Assembly: GCA_965214705.1 (NCBI GenBank)
Contig: OZ243972.1
Coordinates: 1,632,001 to 1,696,000 of the forward strand
DNA: 64,000 nt
From: Alphaproteobacteria bacterium
GTDB lineage: Bacteria; Pseudomonadota; Alphaproteobacteria; UBA828
Direction of reading: 5' to 3'
Shown: piece by piece, positions 1 through 8,250 of the stretch
Layout: each line of letters starts with the position of its first letter
Position numbering within the stretch: position 1 is the stretch's first letter
Position numbers and translations under genes: made by a program
Notes under the pieces: generated by a model
What the model saw: only the letters and a program-made list of their open reading frames with translations
Databases searched by the model: none
What the model was told of the DNA's origin: nothing

Positions 1-628
1 GGCACTACGAGATCACGGTCGAGAAGGCGGACACCGGCCCCAATGCCACCGCCGTGCGCTTCAAGCGCAGGCCGCGATACGACGAGGCCGATGAGGGCGC
101 GGGCGCCTATGTGCTGCGCACCAGCCACGTCGACTGGGATATCGAGACGGTCCTGCGGACGTACTGGCGGATCACGGATATCGAGGCGACATTCCGAAGC
201 CTGAAATCCGAACTCGGCCTTCGCCCGATCTGGCACCAGCTCGACCGGCGCATCGCGGCCCACCTGCTGATCGCCGTGCTGGCCTACCACGCCGTGCATC
301 TGATCCGTACCCGGCTGGCCGCGCGGGACATCCACAAGTGCTGGGCATCGATCCGCGAGAGCATGCGGACCTGGGTGCGGATCACCACGCGCCTGCGCCA
401 GACCGACGGCACCTTGATCGTCAATCGACAGGACACGCGCCCGGCCGCTGAGGTTGCCGCAATCTCCTCGGCGGCGGGCGTGGAACCCGCCATCCACCGC
501 ACGAGGACCCGCCTGCCGAACTGACAGAATCCAACAAAATGTAGTGCCATGTTGGAACCGGCCGAGAGAAATATCGCGTTACATCAACACGATAAAGGAC
601 ATGGGTAGGACAAAAGTGCCAACTTGGG
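1..628 (+). mobile_element. IS1634-family element, right part (runs off window start)
   Basis: Transposase C-terminus, then GTAGTGCCAT (541-550) and terminal AAAAGTGCCAACTTGGG ending at 628, resembling the IR of the complete IS1634 at 8251-10346. Confidence 0.85.
3..524 (+). CDS. IS1634-family DDE transposase, C-terminal part
   Basis: YW..IEATFRSLKSELGLRP.WH...RIAAHL motif; clear paralog of 8421-10247. Confidence 0.9.
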   Translation, partial: HYEITVEKADTGPNATAVRFKRRPRYDEADEGAGAYVLRTSHVDWDIETVLRTYWRITDIEATFRSLKSELGLRPIWHQLDRRIAAHLLIAVLAYHAVHLIRTRLAARDIHKCWASIRESMRTWVRITTRLRQTDGTLIVNRQDTRPAAEVAAISSAAGVEPAIHRTRTRLPN

Positions 629-1547
629 ACTCGCGGATGGCGGTGCGCCCCCCTTGCGGGTCGGCCAGCAGCATCTGGGTCACCACGAGCGTCATGACGT
701 CGATCAGCGCAGCACCCCGCTCGTGCCGCTCCTGCGCCGGGAACTCCGCCAGCAGGCGGCGGATGGCGGCGGCGACGCCGATGGTGTGGGCGGTGGCGAA
801 CACGGCGATGCCGAAGTCGGCGGCGCGCACCGCTGCCTCCACCGTCTCCCGGTCCCGCGCCTCGCCCACCACCACCGCCGCAGGCCGCCGCCTCAGGCTC
901 GCGCGCAGTCCCTCCGCAAAGCTCGGGAAGTGGCGCGGAATCTCCGACGACGACATCAGCGCGCCGTCGCCGCCGATGCCGTCGAAGACGAACTCGATCG
1001 GCGCCTCGTATGACTGCACACGCCCCGCGCCACTCTCGAGCAGGCGCCGTGTGCCCGCAGCCAGCAGGGTCGACTTGCCGGAGCCCGGCACTCCGGTTAC
1101 CAGCGTGAGGCCCCGGCAGAGGTCCCAGGCGGCGGCGATCTCCGCCTCGATGCCCAACTCCTCCAGGGTGGGTGGTGCGTCGGGCAAAACCCGCATGGTG
1201 AGGTTGATGCCGAATCGCTGGTCCGCCAGCACCGGCGAGAGGTTGCAGCGGAAGCGGCGGAACCACCGCTTGCCCGAGGCCACCGCATAGGAGCAGTCGA
1301 TGGCTTTTCCCGAGCGCAGGATGCCTTCGCCCGTGTCGTCGAAGACCCTGGCACAGAGCCGGCCCATGACGACGCCGTCGAGGACGGCCCCGCTGGCCCG
1401 GCGAAGCACGCCGTCCACCTCGATGAATGCCGGCGCGCCAGTCTGAAAGGCGATGTCGGAGGCCCCGAGTTCCGCTGCCCAGAGCAGGAAGGAGTCCAGA
1501 CCCGCGGTGGGAAAGGCGAAGGCCGCATCCTCCCAGAGGCCACTCAT
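629..1547 (-). pseudogene. dotB: DotB/TraJ (PilT-like) ATPase, 3'-truncated by IS1634
   Basis: Walker A GVPGSGKST, YEAPIE, VVGEARD, TAH; homology stops at ..RTAIRES where the IS end begins; follows dotD-dotC. Confidence 0.85.
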
Positions 1548-2365
1548 CGCCCGTCTCCCGCCGGCAGGGGTATCCAGTTTCCGGGTTTGAGCTCGAACCG
1601 GGCCTCTTCACCCAGGCTCGCGACCGTCTCGTCGATGCGCACGAGCCGTCGGTGGCCGCTCGTGGCGATACGGCCGGTCTCGAGCGTCGGGGCCGAGACC
1701 ATCCCCGCCAGGTTGCTGCGCCGCCAGAGCACCAGGCCCTCGAACGCCCGGTTGAGCCGCTCCAGGTCGTCCGCGAAGATGTCGTCGGCGAGCGCAGTCC
1801 CCCGTGCCCAGCCTTGCCGCAGCCAGCGTTGCCATGAACGCCCCTCCGCCTCGTCGCGGGGGAACAGGATCGCGGGCGGCGACACGGCCTCCGGCCACTC
1901 CCGCACCAGGAAGTCGCGCCAGTCCGGGGCGGCGCTCACGATCCTCCCAGTCTCGACGATCCGCATCACGCGGCGCGCGCTCGCCGCACGCGTGCCGCCC
2001 CGGTCGAGCCTGAAGGCATCGTCCGTCGCTGCCAGCACAGGCGGCATAACGGTGAATTCGCCGTCCTCAATCATCAGGTCGCGAAAGCGGTAGATGCCGG
2101 ACAGGTGTTTGGCGTGCCGCTCCAGCATGCGCGCGATTTCCCAGCCCCGCCGCGCCAGACCGCCCTGCGCTCCGAAGGCCAGTCCGGCCTCCCGCATTGC
2201 CGATCGTCGCGCCTCGCCGGCGAAGCCGCCGCCGTCTCCGTCTGCGAGCTCGGCCTCCGGCGGCTCGGTTTCCAGCACAGCCTCGAGCGTCGGCGGCTCT
2301 TCTCCACCGAAGGCGATGTCGGCGCCGAGACAGAGCAGCGCGATCAGCAGAATGCAGAAACGCAT
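1544..2365 (-). CDS. dotC: DotC/TraI type IVB secretion protein
   Basis: Signal peptide; GAQGGLARR, PPVL, PDWRDFL, W..GW..G motifs; sits between dotD and dotB. Confidence 0.85.
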   Translation of the reverse strand: MRFCILLIALLCLGADIAFGGEEPPTLEAVLETEPPEAELADGDGGGFAGEARRSAMREAGLAFGAQGGLARRGWEIARMLERHAKHLSGIYRFRDLMIEDGEFTVMPPVLAATDDAFRLDRGGTRAASARRVMRIVETGRIVSAAPDWRDFLVREWPEAVSPPAILFPRDEAEGRSWQRWLRQGWARGTALADDIFADDLERLNRAFEGLVLWRRSNLAGMVSAPTLETGRIATSGHRRLVRIDETVASLGEEARFELKPGNWIPLPAGDGR

Positions 2366-2910
2366 CACGAGCCTTCCCTCTGCGGCTCCGACCAATCGAG
2401 GCGTACCGCGCGGCGCGAGGCGTCCACGACGAGAGTCGCTGCACTGCCGGCCTGCATTCCGGCGTCCCGCAGGACTTCCACGAGAGGGGCGTTGCGTGCC
2501 GCGACCGTCACCATCACCGGGCGTACCGGAGGCGGGCCCGCCGCCACGAAGCGGTAGCCGGCATGTCCTGCCAGGGTCTCCGCCAGGGCCTCCACCGGAC
2601 CGATCCAGTCAATGGTCACCGGGCGCCGCAGCGCCTGCGGCACAGGCGAACGCTCCGGTACGTCGAGAGGGAGGCCGGCAGGAGGTGGTGGAGTTTCCGC
2701 CGACTGGATCCGCGCCAGCATCGTCAGCGCCGCCTCGGCCCGCTCCGCAGCTTCCGCCAGCCGCAGCTCGGCAGGGTCCGGCCGACCCTCAACGCTCTCC
2801 TGGGGTCCCTCGCTGTTCCTGCCGGGCTCAATGCCCAGGGCGGCGCAGCCGCCCGCAAGCGACGCCATCAGGCCGACCGCAACGAGGGACACGATGCGCC
2901 GCCCGCTCAT
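2365..2910 (-). CDS. dotD: DotD/TraH lipoprotein
   Basis: Lipobox LAGGC; VTIDWIGPVE and LRDAGMQAG motifs. Confidence 0.85.
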   Translation of the reverse strand: MSGRRIVSLVAVGLMASLAGGCAALGIEPGRNSEGPQESVEGRPDPAELRLAEAAERAEAALTMLARIQSAETPPPPAGLPLDVPERSPVPQALRRPVTIDWIGPVEALAETLAGHAGYRFVAAGPPPVRPVMVTVAARNAPLVEVLRDAGMQAGSAATLVVDASRRAVRLDWSEPQREGS

Positions 2911-2919
2911 CGCACCGCG

Positions 2920-2956
2920 CCCCTCATCGGAGGGCTCCCCTCATTGGAGGGCTCCC
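2920..2956. repeat. 17-bp tandem duplication CCCCTCATYGGAGGGCT x2
   Basis: Read directly; spans the stop codon of the upstream gene. Confidence 0.8.
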
Positions 2957-4143
2957 GCCGCTTCGATCACCAGATGCCGGTTGGGCGCGTATGCGAGCGC
3001 CACCAGGGAGCGGCGCGTGGCCGGGCCGGCCAGCAGCAGGTCCACGGCGTCGAGGAAGCCGCCCCCGAACGACGCGTCGGCTCCGATCCGGTAGCTGCGT
3101 CCTGCCTTCCACACCACCGACCAGCCCGCCCGCGCAGCCCAGTCCTCGAGCACGTCGTGCAGGGTCGTGTGCCGCGCGCGGTCGACGAGCCACGGCCCGA
3201 CTGTCCCGCCGTGCCTCCCCGTCGCCCCTTCGACCGGGTTACCGGCCGGGGCAGCCGCCTCTGGCGCGCGCTGCTCGATGTCCCAATGGCGGTAGAAGAC
3301 GATGGTGCCGTCGGCCCAGGTCCAGTCGTAGCCCGCGCGGGCCGCCACCAGGTTGAGCAGTCCCGGCAAGTCTCCCTCGAATGCGAACGCGATGTCCGGG
3401 GGATCGGGCAGGGGCAAAGCCCCGCCGGCGACGCGTGAGGGCCGTTCCTCGACCTCGACCGGCGCCCCGGCCAGCGTGGCGATGCGCTCCGTGACATGCG
3501 CGAACGGGAGTGCGCCGGGTTCGTCGACCGAGATCTCCCTTGAGTCCAGCGGAGAGGGAAGGGGCAGGCGGACCGGCGCCATCTCGGTCGCCGCCAGCGA
3601 ATCCGTTCCGCCGGCCTTCTCGATCGCATCGTCAGGCGGTGTCGTCGTCTCCGCACGCTCCGCCGCCAGCGCGCCGCCGGCATTGACGAACACGAACACC
3701 GCCATGGCGCCGGCCACCATGCCGGGGCCGAGAGGGCAATAGCCGCGGCGGAATGAGCGGCCCCGGCGGCGCTGGAGCCAGACGCGATGCAACAGGGAGA
3801 GGAATGCGCCCACCAGCAGCGACCACCCCAGCCCGAGGGGGCCGAGAACGAAGCCGAGGCCGCCCAGCATCATCGCATCCCCGGGGAAGAGCGGCCAGCG
3901 GTGCCCGCACCAGTGCGCCACTGCGATGGGCACCGCGACCACGACCATCCCAAGCGCGGCGCCCGCGCCTGCGTTCCAGAGCGATCCAGTGTCCACCGGC
4001 CCGTACAGCCGCCAGAACAGACCCGCGCCCACCAGAACCAGCACCAGGCGCGGATCCACGATCATGCGCCGGGCGTCGACCACCGCGATCGCCGCCATGG
4101 CGATCAGCACCAGGCCTGCGAGAAGAACATCAATTGCGCTCAT
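2941..4143 (-). CDS. Prepilin peptidase (A24) fused to a periplasmic TcpQ-like domain
   Basis: N-terminal multi-TM region with VVDARR and PGDAMM aspartates; C-terminal TLHDVLEDWAARAGWSVVW...FLDAVDLL resembles TcpQ. Confidence 0.75.
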   Translation of the reverse strand: MSAIDVLLAGLVLIAMAAIAVVDARRMIVDPRLVLVLVGAGLFWRLYGPVDTGSLWNAGAGAALGMVVVAVPIAVAHWCGHRWPLFPGDAMMLGGLGFVLGPLGLGWSLLVGAFLSLLHRVWLQRRRGRSFRRGYCPLGPGMVAGAMAVFVFVNAGGALAAERAETTTPPDDAIEKAGGTDSLAATEMAPVRLPLPSPLDSREISVDEPGALPFAHVTERIATLAGAPVEVEERPSRVAGGALPLPDPPDIAFAFEGDLPGLLNLVAARAGYDWTWADGTIVFYRHWDIEQRAPEAAAPAGNPVEGATGRHGGTVGPWLVDRARHTTLHDVLEDWAARAGWSVVWKAGRSYRIGADASFGGGFLDAVDLLLAGPATRRSLVALAYAPNRHLVIEAAGALQ

Positions 4144-4573
4144 GGCCGTTCTTCCCCGACGCGATCCCGAAGGTCGCCGGCAGCAGCCGGCACCAGGCCG
4201 CCAGCGCCGGCTCTTCGCAAAGCGTGCCCGGCAGGCTCCTGGACGCCGCACCCGTCTTCGCGCTTTCGAGGTTCCACGCGAGAAGCGCCGTCTGCGCCTC
4301 CCTGAGGGCCGTCAGCGTCACGATCTCCTCGCGCAGCATCTCCATCGCGTCCAACGCCCGTCGCCGGAGCTGCGCGGCGGAATCGTCCCCGGTCTTGTCC
4401 GAGGATTGCGCCGCTGCATCCCTGCCCGCGCCGGTCGGCGCCGGCGACCGGCCGTCCTCCGACGCATTCCCTGGCGGCACCGCTACCTGCGCGATGGCGC
4501 CGGCGACCCAGGGCCCGGCAGCCAGGGTCGCCGCCAGCGCCAGCGCAATCGCGGAGTCTCTCAACCTCAGCAT
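4130..4573 (-). CDS. Secreted coiled-coil hypothetical protein of the pil operon
   Basis: Signal peptide, overlaps both neighbours, C-terminal Cys pair. Confidence 0.6.
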   Translation of the reverse strand: MLRLRDSAIALALAATLAAGPWVAGAIAQVAVPPGNASEDGRSPAPTGAGRDAAAQSSDKTGDDSAAQLRRRALDAMEMLREEIVTLTALREAQTALLAWNLESAKTGAASRSLPGTLCEEPALAAWCRLLPATFGIASGKNGHERN

Positions 4574-5823
4574 CCCGAGCAGCTCCCGACGGTGAGCCGG
4601 CTGAAGCCCGCCTCCGCCGCGTCGGCGCGGCTCGTCGCCCGCACTGCTCGCGCCGTCACGCCGGCGGCAGACACCGACGTCGCCGTCACGCTGCGCGCCG
4701 TGATGCCGTCGCTCTGCAGATCGGCGAGGGAGGCGCTGCCTGCCGCCACCGTGCCGCGCACGCCCACGGAGCCCGCCGTTACCGCGCCCCGCGCCGTCAG
4801 GCTGGCGGCCCTCAGATCGTGCGCGACCGCCATCGAGGCGGCGGAAGCCGCTCCCGCGACAGTCGCGGTCGCAGCCGTCACGCTCTCCGCGACCTCGGCC
4901 GGACCGGAGACGTTCAGCGCCCGGCCCACCATCAGATCTCCGCTGACCGTCAGGCCGCCGCCCACCGCAAAGTCGCTCTCCAGCGTCAAGGTCTCGGCCT
5001 CGACGGCGCCCGCGCCGATCAGGTCGTTGCCGCCCAGATCGAGACCGGTCTCCATGCGATTGGCGTCGGCAAATCCCTGCACCGCCACGCGGTAGAGCTG
5101 ATCGCCGTAAACGGCGTGGTGATCCAGACGCCGGATCGTGGCCAGAGCCCCCGCTGCGGGCGCACCGCCGAAGGCCGCCTGGAAGGCGCTCATGTCGGCG
5201 TCCACCGCAGGTCCCATGAGCCGGCGCGGCAGATCGGGAGCCACGATGCCCATCCTCGAGTCGCCCTGCGCCGTGAGCAGGGCGGCGGCCGGTACGGCGG
5301 TATCGCGGGCCGGCACGGTCTGGGTCACCAGCAGGTCCATCGCGTCTGCGCCGGCGCCCAGCAGCAGCACCCGATAGCCGCGCCCCATTGCGCTCACGTC
5401 CGAGAAGCCGGCAGGCAGGGCGCCGGAAGCACGCAGCGTCGCCAGGGTAAGCTCCGCCGAGCCGTTGCCGACCAGAGTCACCAACGCCGGAAAGCGGCCG
5501 CTCACATGACTCGCCGCCGCATCGGACAGCACGGTGAGCTGGCCGGCCGCCAGCCTGGCACGCTTCTCCAGCATCCAGGTGTCGAAGAACAGCGCCGCGG
5601 CCAGCACCATCATGCCCAGCAGCCCCAGCGCCAGCAGCGACCCGAAGAGACTCAGTCCCCGACTCAGCCCCCGCCTGAGCCGCAGGCTCCGTCCCCGACT
5701 GAGCCCGAGGCTCCGTCCCAGAGTGAGCCGAAGTTTCCTTCGCCGGCTCAGTCCTCGCCTCGGACCCGGGCCACGCCACGGTCCATGCGCCGTCAATGCG
5801 TGCACGGTCAGCATCCGCCGCAA
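4567..5823 (-). CDS. PilV-like minor pilin/adhesin (paralog 1)
   Basis: RG|LSLFGSLL prepilin-type N-terminus, LYR....ANRMET.LDLGGN motif, Ala/Thr/Val-rich repeats, ends SCSGC; start could be ATG 5814. Confidence 0.75.
   Translation of the reverse strand: MRRMLTVHALTAHGPWRGPGPRRGLSRRRKLRLTLGRSLGLSRGRSLRLRRGLSRGLSLFGSLLALGLLGMMVLAAALFFDTWMLEKRARLAAGQLTVLSDAAASHVSGRFPALVTLVGNGSAELTLATLRASGALPAGFSDVSAMGRGYRVLLLGAGADAMDLLVTQTVPARDTAVPAAALLTAQGDSRMGIVAPDLPRRLMGPAVDADMSAFQAAFGGAPAAGALATIRRLDHHAVYGDQLYRVAVQGFADANRMETGLDLGGNDLIGAGAVEAETLTLESDFAVGGGLTVSGDLMVGRALNVSGPAEVAESVTAATATVAGAASAASMAVAHDLRAASLTARGAVTAGSVGVRGTVAAGSASLADLQSDGITARSVTATSVSAAGVTARAVRATSRADAAEAGFSRLTVGSCSGC
5649..5732. repeat. Degenerate 12-bp tandem repeat x7 in the pilV-like leader
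   Basis: GACTCAGTCCCC/GACTCAGCCCCC/GCCTGAGCCGCA/GGCTCCGTCCCC/GACTGAGCCCGA/GGCTCCGTCCCA/GAGTGAGCCGAA. Confidence 0.75.
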
Positions 5824-7043
5824 CTCCCGACACTGAGCGAGCCGATGGTCGCATCGGGGCCGTGGAGCCCGGTGGACTCGATCCGCTGCGCGCGCGCTTC
5901 CCCCTTCACGTCGACCATCTCGCCCGCCAGCGAGCGCGCGGAGGAGGCGCCGGTGATCACGGCCGTGCTCGCTACAGCCAACGTCTGCGCGGTCAGGGCA
6001 CCAGCAGCGGTCATCGCGGTCCCTTCGAGACGGCCGCTCACCAATGCTGTTTCCGTCGTGACAGGTCCCGCCGCCGCGCGCCCGACCACCAGTTCCATCG
6101 ATACGGAGAGGGAGGCCGCCGCCAGAGCGCCGGCTTCGAGCGATTCCGCTTCGAGGCGCGCCGCGCGCGCATCGCCCGTCACGGTCCCACCGCCCCCTGC
6201 CGTTCCGTCTTCCGACAGCGATGCCGTGAAGCCTTCCGCCGCAGCCACGCCCGTCACGTCGTTGCCGCCGGCATCCAGGACCGTCTCCATCCGGTTGAGG
6301 CCGGGACGGCCGGGCTGGGCACGGCGGTAGAGGGCCTGGTCGCGGTAGCGCAGCCCCGCATCGGCGGTCACGTAGAGCGCGGGCGCTGCCAGCGGCCGTC
6401 CCAGCCCCCTCTCAATGCCGGGAACGTGGGCCGCCATCACGGTGGCGGCGCTGCCCGCCTCCGCCAGCGCGGCAAGCCCGGCAGATATGGCGCCCTGCCT
6501 GAGCGCTGCTCCCGCCTCCGGGCCCGCAGGCTCCAGCACGCCGAAGGCCATCGCCACGGGGGAACGCCCCGGAATAGCGGTGCCGTCATCCATGATGCCG
6601 ACAGTGAAGGAGACGTCTCTGCCGACATTCTCCGGCAAGCCCGGAGGCACCGCGCCGAGGCCCCGCAGCGCCCCAGGGGTCAGCACGAACGACGGCTCGA
6701 CCGTGAGACGCGCCCCGAATTCTTGCTCCTGGCTCGCCCGGTGCGCCGCGAGCACCCAGGCGGCAAACACGCGGCCGGCCTGGAAGGCCATCGCCGTCTG
6801 CCGGGCCGCGTGCTGCGCCGCATAGTGGGCCGCAAGCCCGGTGCCGGCGATCGCCGCCAGCAGCAGCACCGCCAGGAGGGCCCCAGCGCCAAGCCGGTAC
6901 CGGCGCCTCGGCCACACCGGGAAACTCCCCGGCGCAGGGGAACGCCCCGGTACGCCGGGCGCGCAGATGCCGAGCCTGCCCACGCCGTGTGCATTCATGC
7001 CGAGCACGATCGTCCGAAGCGGCCTCATCCGAAGCGGACTCAT
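5808..7043 (-). CDS. PilV-like minor pilin/adhesin (paralog 2)
   Basis: Hydrophobic N-terminal helix, LYRR....LNRMETVLDAGGN, ends SCGGC; paralogous to 4567-5823. Confidence 0.7.
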   Translation of the reverse strand: MSPLRMRPLRTIVLGMNAHGVGRLGICAPGVPGRSPAPGSFPVWPRRRYRLGAGALLAVLLLAAIAGTGLAAHYAAQHAARQTAMAFQAGRVFAAWVLAAHRASQEQEFGARLTVEPSFVLTPGALRGLGAVPPGLPENVGRDVSFTVGIMDDGTAIPGRSPVAMAFGVLEPAGPEAGAALRQGAISAGLAALAEAGSAATVMAAHVPGIERGLGRPLAAPALYVTADAGLRYRDQALYRRAQPGRPGLNRMETVLDAGGNDVTGVAAAEGFTASLSEDGTAGGGGTVTGDARAARLEAESLEAGALAAASLSVSMELVVGRAAAGPVTTETALVSGRLEGTAMTAAGALTAQTLAVASTAVITGASSARSLAGEMVDVKGEARAQRIESTGLHGPDATIGSLSVGSCGGC

Positions 7044-7048
7044 CCGAA
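7013..7048. repeat. 15-bp tandem duplication TCCGAAGCGGMCTCA x2.4
   Basis: Read directly at the pilS/pilV junction. Confidence 0.75.
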
Positions 7049-7708
7049 CGTGAACCCGATATCGTTGGCGCCGGCGCCGTCGTCGCAGTTGGCAGTCACC
7101 TGCGCCACGGTGACCGGCGACGCCAGTACTGTGCCGTTCACGGTGATCGAGACGATCCCCGCCCGTGCCCGGGTGCGCCCGGCATAGGCGTCGCCCATCG
7201 CGGCGCAGACCTCGTCATCCACGTCGTTGAAGGCGATGCGGAACCGGTTGGTGGCTCCGCCCGGCCCACCGGTGACCGTCACCAGGCCGCCGAAGGGATG
7301 GCGAATCTGCACGGTTCTCCCGTTCACCACGCGCGCGCCGTCGGGGATGCCGCCCCGGCGGTCGACGGTGGCGATCAGGTCGGTGTCGTTGCCGTAGGAG
7401 GCAGCACCGGCGAAAACGCTTTCGACGTTTGCACGAAGCTGGTTGAGCAGGGTGAGCGCCTGGGAGCGGTTGGCCGACTCCCGGGCGGCGTTGTAGAGGC
7501 TGACGGCGCCCACTATGGTCACCGCCGCAAGAGTCAGCGCCAGCAGCACCCCGAACAGGCTGAACCCCCGCCGGTAGCGTTTCTGGCGCAGACGCTGCCA
7601 AGACCCTGTCGGCACAGCCTCGACCACCGCGCCGGTAACGGAGCCGTCCCCTTGCCGCAGGCTGCTCGCAGCGTCGATGCGCGTCGCATCACCAATGTGT
7701 CCGTCCAT
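7040..7708 (-). CDS. pilS: Type IVb major prepilin, PilS-like
   Basis: RBS AGAGGA, long leader, RRG|FSLFGVLL, HPFGG.V motif, two C-terminal Cys. Confidence 0.8.
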   Translation of the reverse strand: MDGHIGDATRIDAASSLRQGDGSVTGAVVEAVPTGSWQRLRQKRYRRGFSLFGVLLALTLAAVTIVGAVSLYNAARESANRSQALTLLNQLRANVESVFAGAASYGNDTDLIATVDRRGGIPDGARVVNGRTVQIRHPFGGLVTVTGGPGGATNRFRIAFNDVDDEVCAAMGDAYAGRTRARAGIVSITVNGTVLASPVTVAQVTANCDDGAGANDIGFTFG

Positions 7709-7722
7709 GAGTTGTCCTCTCG

Positions 7723-8250
7723 TCACGGTCCTGCCGCACGCTCCAGGATCGAGAACATCGCGTCGATGCCCGACGCCATGACCACGGCCACAACGATCAG
7801 CAGGGTCCCGTTCAGCATCGCCGCGCGGGCGCGCAGCAGCGCCTCCGAACGCCCGACCCAGCGCTCCACGAAGCGCGCGAGCTTCCGCTCCCATCCCTGC
7901 GCCCCGTCGAGCGCCGCCACCACCGGCACCAGCGAAGGGTCCGGGAAGCCGTGTCCGGCCAGCACCATGCTCCGCCCGAGACCCGCGCCCCGCGCCATGA
8001 ACCCCTGAATCGATCCGATCCGGTGGCGAACGTAGGGCGAGGCCGCGCGCTTCAACGCCTCGAAGGCGCGGTCGTTCACGTCGATGCCTGCCACCAGGAA
8101 CTCCATCACCACGAACAGGAACGCCGAGCCGGAGAGGGTCCGGTAGAGCGAAAAGGGAGCGATACGGTCGAGCAGGACCCGCCCCGGCCCGGTCCAGGCC
8201 ACTACCGCCCAGCCCGTGACGGCCATGAGGCCCGCGAGGATCGCACCGAA
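7723..8250 (-). pseudogene. pilR: PilR/GspF platform protein, 3' part
   Basis: Rejoins 10347-10872 in frame (NSILF|GAILAGLM) once the IS and one target copy are removed. Confidence 0.85.

Noticed and set aside
4567-7043. Shufflon
   Set aside because: No rci-like recombinase or invertible cassettes next to the pilV-like genes.
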